From assembly GCA_022510765.1 (NCBI GenBank), contig JAFLSU010000005.1:7310-71309 (forward strand): 64,000 nt of DNA, given 5' to 3'. Origin of the DNA: Christensenellaceae bacterium. Lineage in GTDB: Bacteria; Bacillota; Clostridia; Christensenellales; CAG-138. The notes under the pieces were generated by a model. The model did not search any database, was not told the origin of the DNA, and worked only from the letters and a program-made list of their open reading frames with translations. A program made the position numbers and the translations under genes. Below are positions 7,603 through 14,549 of this stretch, piece after piece (position 1 is the first letter of the stretch; each line of letters begins with the position of its first letter).

Positions 7603-7640
7603 AAAACCCTGAAAAATATTAGGTTTTTCGGGGTTTTTGT
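7603..7640 (+). terminator. intrinsic terminator after tRNA-Arg
   Basis: AAAACCCTGAAAAA / TTTTTCGGGGTTTT stem followed by a T-rich tail. Confidence 0.6.
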
Positions 7641-7790
7641 CTGTTTTAAACAATTATATATCGCGCATTTTTGTTTTCAAATCTGCGACATCCTCTCTTT
7701 TCATGTTCGAAAACTGCTCGTTTTCAGCCGTAAAATCACGCTCCCGAAACCCGATTTCACACATTTTCAGTATAACTCCATGAACTATAT

Positions 7791-7827
7791 GGGCTGTTTT
7801 TGAACACAAAGAACAGCCCTCTTTTTT
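7791..7827 (+). terminator. orphan intrinsic terminator-like hairpin
   Basis: GGGCTGTT-(13 nt)-AACAGCCC followed by TCTTTTTT. No intact upstream plus-strand gene. Confidence 0.35.
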
Positions 7828-7951
7828 CGTCTTCTCAAAGCTACCCCATATTCATGTTGTCAAAACCATATTCATAAAACAACGCGCCCATCGGTAGACC
7901 CGGTGGGCGCAATATCAACATGCTATTCTTATGGTTTTTTCTTTAATTAAA

Positions 7952-8263
7952 CTACTCGCCCACCGGTGAAATCATTGTTCTAAGCATCTGTATAAGCTCC
8001 TGTTCGCTATTCGGATAAAACTTAATTAAATAGTTATCCGCCTTTGAACGAAAAAGTGCTTCCCAGTAATCTTCATCTACATTGTGGAAATAGTTGACTA
8101 TAGTACTGTCGATGCAAATCTCTTTGTATAAAGAGTGGTTTTCAATTGTTTTTTCGATGACGTCCTCGCCATCATTTTGCGTAATTGTTATCTCCGCTAT
8201 AACACGACCTCCTGAGTGTATAACAACAAGAAAACTATCATATTCATCCTGATAACCTAAGAA
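7952..8263 (-). pseudogene. start-less open frame (gene remnant, unknown function)
   Basis: 103 sense codons from just after a TAA (8264-8266) to TAG (7952-7954): FLGYQDEYDSFLVVIHSGGRVIAEITITQNDGEDVIEKTIENHSLYKEICIDSTIVNYFHNVDEDYWEALFRSKADNYLIKFYPNSEQELIQMLRTMISPVGE. There is no ATG/GTG/TTG until near the end, so it is absent from the ORF track. Confidence 0.3.
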
Positions 8264-8340
8264 TTATGTTGTTCAAAATAGGTTATAGTAACATCAACAT
8301 TGTAAAGCACTTATTCTATTGACAAAATCATACCCGATTA

Positions 8341-9561
8341 CTACATTATCTTAAATACAATAAACTGTAAAGCAACTACCATTATCGATATTAATGTCTT
8401 GTAAATGTACTCGCCTTTAAACGAACTTATCCTACATGAACACATACTACAAATCAATGCTGATACAAGATTCGCTCCCAGCGTTCCAAGTAATGTAATA
8501 GGGCTTAATGCACAGAATAAACTAGTTGCAATAAAACATATTGCGCATAATACACATGATACAATCCATGCACTTAAGGCTTTTTCAGTAATTCTGCGAA
8601 TAATGCCTACACCATTGATTCTGAGTACATCAGCTACCCTGCTTCTATTTTCATATAGTGAAGAATAGAAAATTAGATAGATATTAACAACAGAAGGTGC
8701 TGCTGCAAATGCAATAATCATTATGGGTTTTAATTGTGAATACGCCGAAAAAAACTCAATGCTCCCGATTAGAACAGGTATACTCACCGCAATGACGATC
8801 TGTAGCCATGAATACTTGTATAATCTTAATACTGAGATGTTTTTTCTAATTAATGCACCTGATATAGAAAGCTTATTATCGCCATATAGCCTAGCGAACG
8901 TATATCTGCGTTTACTAAAAATCACCTGGTGCTTTCTTTTAAGCAAGATTAGTGCGGCTGCCAAGCTAAATATAAGCAGGAATAATGAGATAAGTACAAG
9001 CAGGAGCAATGCTTTGATTTGAATTAAATAAAATAGACCCAGCATAACACAAACACCAAATGCTAAAAGGAAGAAATGGATGTTCATGTTGTTTTTTCTC
9101 ATTACTAAAAGCGTAATAAATTCAAGCAATCCAAAAAAAATAGCTCCAAATATCAACAATAAACTTGTTGTGAACGTAAAATTCCAAACTGCGAAACGAA
9201 AATACTTCGCAAGAATGTTGTTTGTAACAAGCGACAAGAAAGCAAGCCCCGCGCCAATTACAACCGGCACGAACAATTTATTCATTAACAACTGTAGGCG
9301 CGATTGAGGGCTAATAAGTAAAACATCAAATATGCCGTCCTTAATTTCATCGATAGTCAGCCAGTGTAGAATTTCGCTGCTCAGCATTGAAATAAGTCCC
9401 GCAAAAAGCACCAAAACATATTGGACCGGAAATATGGCGGCTTCTGCATTATAGGAACAAAACAGCAACAACGCCGGTGCGAACAACAGCGTACAAATAA
9501 GCCTTTTCGACTTTGCAATACCATATAATTGAGTCTTCAAAAAGCAGAGCATATCAATCAT
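8341..9561 (-). CDS. polytopic ABC transporter permease (unknown substrate)
   Basis: ORF 8341..9633. The likely start MIDMLCFLK at 9561 overlaps the ATPase stop (ATGA). About 406 aa, very hydrophobic with about 10-12 predicted TM segments, and very AT-rich. Confidence 0.7.
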   Translation of the reverse strand: MIDMLCFLKTQLYGIAKSKRLICTLLFAPALLLFCSYNAEAAIFPVQYVLVLFAGLISMLSSEILHWLTIDEIKDGIFDVLLISPQSRLQLLMNKLFVPVVIGAGLAFLSLVTNNILAKYFRFAVWNFTFTTSLLLIFGAIFFGLLEFITLLVMRKNNMNIHFFLLAFGVCVMLGLFYLIQIKALLLLVLISLFLLIFSLAAALILLKRKHQVIFSKRRYTFARLYGDNKLSISGALIRKNISVLRLYKYSWLQIVIAVSIPVLIGSIEFFSAYSQLKPIMIIAFAAAPSVVNIYLIFYSSLYENRSRVADVLRINGVGIIRRITEKALSAWIVSCVLCAICFIATSLFCALSPITLLGTLGANLVSALICSMCSCRISSFKGEYIYKTLISIMVVALQFIVFKIM

Positions 9562-10169
9562 GCCTCCATCGGGAAAGAAACGACGCAACATACCGGTAAA
9601 GATTTTAAAAAGTCGCTGTCGTGAGATGTGCAAATAACGATCCTTTCGGGAGAAATGAATTGCCCCAACATATTTGAAAGCTCCTCCTGTGCATCAGCGT
9701 CCAATCCGCCTGTCGGCTCATCAAGTATCAATATGGTAGGATCCACCGCCAAAGCACAAATCAACGCGACTTTTTTCTTCATGCCAAGCGACAAATCCCG
9801 GACCAACTTATGTGCTTCATTATCAAGCCGATAACGCGTAAGCAGCTTTTGCACAGCGTCCTTCTCGGCTTTATAAATCTTGTTATACAAGCTTAATCTA
9901 AATTTAATGTTTTCAAGTATCGAAAGCGAGTCATACAGTCCATTGTAATCCGGTACAAAAGCAACGCTTTCGTTTTCAATCCCGCTGATGCTTCCTTCTG
10001 TCGGTTTAAGCAGTCCCAAAACAAGCTTCAAAAAGGTTGTTTTACCGCTGCCATTTGATCCGACCAAGGCATAGATATTGCCTGGTTTGAAACTAAAAAG
10101 AGAACACCGTATTAATGCATCGGAATTGTTATATGCAAAAGCCAGATTCTTTACTATTATTTCACCCAT
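9558..10169 (-). CDS. ABC transporter ATP-binding protein
   Basis: 203 aa with Walker A GSNGSGKTTF, signature LSLGMKKK and Walker B ILILDEP. AGGAGA RBS. Confidence 0.9.
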   Translation of the reverse strand: MGEIIVKNLAFAYNNSDALIRCSLFSFKPGNIYALVGSNGSGKTTFLKLVLGLLKPTEGSISGIENESVAFVPDYNGLYDSLSILENIKFRLSLYNKIYKAEKDAVQKLLTRYRLDNEAHKLVRDLSLGMKKKVALICALAVDPTILILDEPTGGLDADAQEELSNMLGQFISPERIVICTSHDSDFLKSLPVCCVVSFPMEA

Positions 10170-10191
10170 AGATTTCTCCTGTTAATTCTGC

Positions 10192-10561
10192 AAATCGTTT
10201 CTCACTTTGATTATCAACCCATATTCGCCATTAGCTTCACTGATACCATCATAAACACATGCACACTCAATCCTGTTGATAAAGCTCACGATGTGTTCAT
10301 CAATATGTACCTGCGCTCCGGTAATCGAAGATAAAAAATCCACTTTTAAATCACCCGTTATCGGGTTGAAGAAGAACTGACTACCGGCAATTGTATCAAA
10401 TAAAGGGCTCTCGTCAGCAACATGGCAATTTTCGCCGCTGTATCATTAATAAAAATAGGATAATTGACGCCGTCATACTGCAATGTAAATTGTGAAAAAG
10501 CGGGTTAAATTCTTTCCGAGATTATAAACGGATTCCTTATTGCGAAAGCATTTTTATCCAT
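10192..10561 (-). pseudogene. broken small gene (about 120 codons) between the peptide gene and the ABC genes
   Basis: ATG 10561 (AAGGAG RBS) gives MDKNAFAIRNPFIISERI, then an in-frame TAA (10505-10507), then PAFSQFTLQYDGVNYPIFINDTAAKIA.... A frameshift then leads into ...DESPLFDTIAGSQFFFNPITGDLKVDFLSSITGAQVHIDEHIVSFINRIECACVYDGISEANGEYGLIIKVRNDLQN, ending at TAA 10192-10194. Confidence 0.45.
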
Positions 10562-10661
10562 AATTATGAATACTCCTTATGCCCAAAGTATATGTTTCTT
10601 AATATTTTAGTTGGGCCCTGCAAGGCGCAACTTCACTTGCAAACCGTTATTCAAGTGCACT

Positions 10662-10796
10662 TTAGGCAGCTACTGCAATCAAAGAGCAGCCGTATGAAAC
10701 AATAGCTGTAGTTGTGCACCACACAATAACAGGAGCGGCAATGTGCGCAGCGAAAACAGCACACGCGGCATATCCTACATATTCAGGCTTCTTCAT
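10662..10796 (-). CDS. 44-aa hydrophobic Cys-containing peptide (candidate bacteriocin/RiPP precursor or small membrane toxin)
   Basis: Not in the ORF track. Strong RBS AAGGAGGTG 5 nt before ATG (10794-10796). MKKPEYVGYAACAVFAAHIAAPVIVWCTTTAIVSYGCSLIAVAA, stop TAA 10662-10664. A small hairpin lies downstream (CACTTG/CAAGTG). Confidence 0.5.
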   Translation of the reverse strand: MKKPEYVGYAACAVFAAHIAAPVIVWCTTTAIVSYGCSLIAVAA

Positions 10797-10901
10797 TGTA
10801 ACACCTCCTTCCCGCTAATACTCATAAGCTCTGTCCGGGCTTGTAATGTAGCGTAAGCTTGATGCATATTATTCCACAAAGCAGACATTGTGGAACTGCC
10901 T

Positions 10902-10921
10902 TAAAAAATCCGCGGGCGGAT
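10902..10921 (-). terminator. terminator after the recombinase remnant
   Basis: Minus strand ATCCG-cccg-CGGAT followed by TTTTTTAA. Confidence 0.45.
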
Positions 10922-10947
10922 ATATTCGGCGTAGAAACATCAAATAC

Positions 10948-11328
10948 TTACAGTTTTGGCATTATAACATGTTTGTTCCACAATGTATACCTTTTTGAAC
11001 GTTTTATATTATCGTCTGATATATGTTCTGTGTACCTTCGGTAGAATGTACTTGCTGACATCTCTAGTTTTTTAGCCGCTGCTCTTATAGTTAATCCAGC
11101 CGTCATGCATTCGATGCAAACTTCTCCAAAACTTTCAGGAACAGATGTCATTCTGTGACCAAACTTAACTCCTCTTGCCAGTGCAGCTGCAATTCCCTCT
11201 GCTTGACGTTGCTTAATAGCTTCACGCTCCGATTGTGCAACATAAGACAGAAGTTGCAGTACTACACCAGCAATGAATTGTCCAGTCAAGTCGTGGTTAC
11301 ATGTTCTGGTGTCGAGTAGTGTTACCAA
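10948..11328 (-). pseudogene. 5'-truncated small serine recombinase (resolvase/invertase) remnant
   Basis: LLDTRT...FIAGVVLQLLSYVAQSEREAIKQRQAEGIAAALARGVKFGHR plus a C-terminal HTH (GLTIRAAAKKLEMSASTFYRRY). This corresponds to the E-helix and DNA-binding part only. The roughly 95-aa catalytic N-terminal domain is missing. A TGA lies immediately upstream and the only available start is TTG. Confidence 0.65.
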
Positions 11329-11454
11329 TCATTGACACTTTAACAAAATGAATAAACATAGGCTCTGCTTTAACTTGACTTTGCCGTTCGGCTAAATTAT
11401 GATGTTTACGATATGAATTTCGCCGTTCTGCATTTTTGAAAGAGAAATCGCATT

Positions 11455-11667
11455 ATGACAGTAACGGATGCTAAATCCTTTGGTGAAGCAGTACGGAAAA
11501 GGAGAAAGGAACTCGACTACAAGCAAGCGTTTCTTTCAGAGTTCAGCGGAATGAGCGTTAGCTTTATTTCCGATCTCGAAAACGGAAAGCCGACCATCGA
11601 ACTTGATAAATCGATCAGAATCGCAAATATCCTTGGGATCGATCTCGTTCTTATGGAGAGGAAATAA
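11455..11667 (+). CDS. hipB: HipB-like XRE-family antitoxin
   Basis: 70 aa. AKSFGEAVRKRRKELDYKQAFLSEFSGMSVSFISDLENGKPTIELDKSIRIANILGIDL is an HTH domain directly upstream of the hipA-like sequence. Promoter-like TTGACT-17-TATGAT upstream. Confidence 0.75.
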   Translation: MTVTDAKSFGEAVRKRRKELDYKQAFLSEFSGMSVSFISDLENGKPTIELDKSIRIANILGIDLVLMERK

Positions 11668-11669
11668 GC

Positions 11670-12951
11670 ATGGAATACCTTGTAAGTGTTGAAATACACG
11701 GAAAGCAGCATTATGTCGGAACGATTACGGGTTTCGGCAGCGATGATGCCGTATTTACTTATTCCGAATCATATTTGGTCTTGCCGGGAAGAACGCCTAT
11801 ATCAATAAGTTTACCGCTTTAAAGAGAGAGTTTTTCGCCGAAAGCAACAAAGACCTTCTTTGATGGACTGCTTCCAGAAGGCTTTACGCGCCGTTCGGTT
11901 GCTAACAGATTGCAGCTTGATGAAGATGATTATCTCGGCATACTGTACTCCCTCGGCATGGAGTGCATAGGTGCACTGCGTATATTCCGAGCGGATGATA
12001 CAAAGGATTCACGCTATGAAAAGCTGAATGCGACTCGCATAAAATAGCTTGCTTCCGAAGGTGCAAGCGAATCAGCCGCGCTTGTAATTGAATTAAGACT
12101 TTCTCTTGCAGGTGCTTCAGGCAAAGTCGGCCTGTACCTTTCTCCAAACGGCAAATGGTATCTTCCGCACGGCTTGGCTCCGAGCACCCATATCGTAAAG
12201 CAGAGCCATGTTCGCCTAAAAAACATAGTGCCGAATGAGCTGCTTTGTCTCAAAACGGCGGCAAACTGCGGAATAGATATTCCCCTTACCGCGATAATCG
12301 ATGCCGGAGAAGGAAAAGATGAGGATATTCTCCTCGCTTCAAGGCGGTTTGATCGTATTTTTACAAGTGATAACGAGATGATCGACAAGCTTCCTATTCC
12401 GTTCAGGCTTCATCAGGAGGATTTTGCTCAGGCGCTCGGCATCCCCCAAAGGAGAAGTATGAGCAAGGCAGGCACTATATGAAGGATATGTTTACTCTTT
12501 TGCGAGAAAAATCGGCAAGACCTATCGACGATCAGCTCAAGCTTTGGAAGATAATCGTTTTTAATTATCTCATTGGAAATACCGATGGTCATATTAAGAA
12601 TTTCTCGCTGCTATACGGTCCGGATTTGAAAAATGTTCGTCTTGCGCCTGCCTATGACATAATCAATGAGACCGGCTATGAGGGCATGACAAGACGAATG
12701 TCGTTCGCTATCGGAGGGGAGTATCAGATTGACAGCATTACCCGCGAATCGTTCATCCTTGCCGCACATGAGGCGGGCCTTGGGGAAAGGATGGCGATGA
12801 AGCGTTTTTAAGAGATTGTAAACAGGTTTTGCCCGCGCTGTATAATGCCGTAGACAGCCTTAAAGCTGAGTTTCCTGCGGTTACTGATATTAGCGACAGG
12901 ATAATCGATTTCGGCGGTATTTGCGCCTCTGATACAAAAGTAAAGGGGTGA
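11670..12951 (+). pseudogene. hipA: HipA-family kinase toxin gene, inactivated
   Basis: The N-terminal couple_hipA-like part is MEYLVSVEIHGKQHYVG...PISISLPL, then FFDGLLPEGFTRR. The kinase part is HIVKQSH..., HQEDFAQALGI, NYLIGNTDGHIKNFSLLY and LAPAYDII. Lesions: in-frame TAA (11820-11822), in-frame TAG (12045-12047), a frameshift at the C5 run 12443-12447, and another near 12806. Confidence 0.8.
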
Positions 12952-12957
12952 TACAAA

Positions 12958-13233
12958 GTGAAAAAGGCGTATCCTATTGTGCTTAGTCCCGTTAAGAATG
13001 GGTTTGTGGTTTATGTTCCCGATTTCGACAACAACACAGAAGGCTATGATATGGATGATGTCACTGAAATGGCAAAAGATGCGATCGGTCTGCTTGGGAT
13101 CACTCCTAAATATGAAGGTCGCGGTATCCCTGAGCTTTCGCCGATAGAGCTTATCGAACACGAGGAAGATGACACTGTTGTAACGGCAGAGGTTGATTTT
13201 GATGAGTGCCACGGCTGTTATGAGCAGTCGTAG
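12958..13233 (+). CDS. HicB-family antitoxin-like protein (no HicA partner seen)
   Basis: 91 aa, GTG start. MKKAYPIVLSPVKNGFVVYVPDFDNNTEGYDMDDVTEMAKDAIGLLG... matches the HicB N-terminal pattern (YP..l....dG.y.v.vPD.....t.G....ea...a.dAi). Confidence 0.6.
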   Translation: MKKAYPIVLSPVKNGFVVYVPDFDNNTEGYDMDDVTEMAKDAIGLLGITPKYEGRGIPELSPIELIEHEEDDTVVTAEVDFDECHGCYEQS

Positions 13234-13428
13234 CTGGGATAGCTAATGCTTGAAGTGATAATGTAAACAAGATCGACTTTCACACATTTTTCACATATAA
13301 TCATTTAACAGAAGTGCCTAAAACCGGACTTAGTGAACAGTTTGAATAGTTGTTTTAGTGTCAAAAATCCTTATAACGTAAGGAAAACCTAATGTTTATA
13401 TAGGATTTTTAATAAGCAGAAACAACTA

Positions 13429-13473
13429 CTCCTAAACGAAAGGTCGCTGGTCCGAATCCAGTTCGGGGTGCCA
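13429..13473 (+). pseudogene. 3' part of the split tRNA-Arg(CCT) gene
   Basis: CTCCTAA ACGAA AGGTC GCTGG TCCGAAT CCAGT TCGGGGT G CCA. TCGGGGT pairs 7/7 (one G:U) with ACCTCGA at 7452-7458. The T loop carries TCC instead of TTC. Confidence 0.7.
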
Positions 13474-13483
13474 AAGCAGTGCT

Positions 13484-13520
13484 GCAAGCCCTTTTTTCGG
13501 GGTTTGCAACGTTTTTTATT
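13484..13520 (+). terminator. intrinsic terminator after the tRNA 3' fragment
   Basis: GCAAGCCC / GGGGTTTGC stem and a T-run. It shares TTTTTCGGGGTTT with the terminator at 7603-7640. Confidence 0.5.
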
Positions 13521-13693
13521 GCATTTCATCCCGGATACCGGCTCGTTATCATCGGAAGAATTATATGCACTGCACGATGCAGGCACATGCATTGCCCACC
13601 GCAATGTCTTCATCTGATGTATGGATGTTTTTCGTGTTGTAATTAAAATTTTAAATTTCATTTTTAAATGTTTAACATTTTTTAAAAAGGCTG

Positions 13694-13760
13694 TTGACAA
13701 CCCTGCGAATTCTGTTATAATAACACTTGAACAATCGTTCAAGTGTTGAATAATCGTTCA
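13694..13760 (+). promoter_or_regulatory. promoter with two ArsR/SmtB-type operator repeats
   Basis: TTGACA (13694-13699), 16 nt spacer, TATAAT (13716-13721). This is followed immediately by the perfect palindrome ACACTTGAAC-AATC-GTTCAAGTGT (13723-13746) and a second half-conserved copy TGAATAATCGTTCA (13747-13760). Confidence 0.6.
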
Positions 13761-13939
13761 GGATCGCGACTCTTTCCGATGAAAGGAGCTAACGCGAAAG
13801 AGGTTTTCAAGCAAAGGTTTTGAGCCTTTGCCCCACTATGAACGTCAAGTTTCATTTGGGAAAGTGTTTTGAATTTGGAAAAGAAAGGAATCTATGCAAA
13901 GCAGAGATAGGCTTTGCTTAGCAAAGGCAGGTGAGAAGT

Positions 13940-14296
13940 ATGGGCATTTCTGTGCCGCATTGCGAGTTTATACATGCGCATGAAGATGTCGTTGCAAAGG
14001 TCACGGATTCCATGCCGGATGACGAACTTTTGTATGATCTTGCAGAGCTGTATAAGGTCTTTGGTGACAGCACGCGTATAAAAATTTTGTATGTGCTGTT
14101 CGAAAGCGAGATGTGCGTCTGCGATATTGCGCAGCTTTTGAACATGAGCATTTCTGCAATTTCGCATCAGCTGCGTGTGCTTAAGCAGTCGCAGCTCGTG
14201 AAGTTCCGACGCGAGGGCAAGACGGTCTTTTATTCGCTTGCCGACGAGCATGTCCGCCTGATTTTGGGGCAGGGCATGGAGCATATTTGTGAATGA
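13940..14296 (+). CDS. ArsR/SmtB-family metal-sensing repressor (CadC-like)
   Basis: DLAELYKVFGDSTRIKILYVLFESEMCVCDIAQLLNMSISAISHQLRVLKQSQLVKFRREGKTVFYSL is the winged HTH with a CVC metal site. The ATG at 13940 follows GGTGAG; the track ORF starts at GTG 13931. Confidence 0.9.
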   Translation: MGISVPHCEFIHAHEDVVAKVTDSMPDDELLYDLAELYKVFGDSTRIKILYVLFESEMCVCDIAQLLNMSISAISHQLRVLKQSQLVKFRREGKTVFYSLADEHVRLILGQGMEHICE

Positions 14297-14317
14297 GTGT
14301 TTTAGGGGGATATGATT

Positions 14318-14539
14318 ATGAAAAAGACATTCAAAATGAATGAACTTGATTGCGCAAACTGCGCGGCGAAGATGGAAGAACAGATAAGGAAGCTGGACGG
14401 GGTTAATTCCGTCAACATAAGCTTCATGACGCAGCGCATTACGATCGATGCCAATGATTCAAACTTTGATGAAATCGTTTCTAAAGCCAATGCGATCTGC
14501 AAGCGGATACATCGTCACACCGAGATCGTCTTGAATTAG
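14318..14539 (+). CDS. stand-alone heavy-metal-associated (HMA) domain protein
   Basis: MKKTFKMNELDCANCAAKMEEQIRKLDGVNSVNISFMTQRITIDA has the ferredoxin-like HMA fold with a CANC motif, which is typical of the N-terminus of CadA/ZntA ATPases. Here it is a separate ORF ending 10 nt before the ATPase. Confidence 0.8.
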   Translation: MKKTFKMNELDCANCAAKMEEQIRKLDGVNSVNISFMTQRITIDANDSNFDEIVSKANAICKRIHRHTEIVLN

Positions 14540-14549
14540 CGGAGGGATT

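Larger units (their letters stand above)
7496..13428. mobile_element. about 5.9 kb AT-rich degraded genomic island inserted in the anticodon loop of a tRNA-Arg(CCT) gene
   Basis: Bounded by the imperfect 12-nt direct repeat CTCCTAAGCGAA (7484-7495) / CTCCTAAACGAA (13429-13440). Visibly lower GC than the flanks. Contents are an intact tRNA-Arg, gene remnants, an ABC pair, a truncated serine recombinase, hipB / broken hipA and hicB. Confidence 0.55.

Noticed and set aside
13389-13742. 117-aa minus-strand ORF
   Set aside because: It spans the tRNA 3' fragment, a terminator and the promoter/operator of the arsR-cadA operon. It has no RBS and is most likely a chance ORF in an AT-rich spacer.
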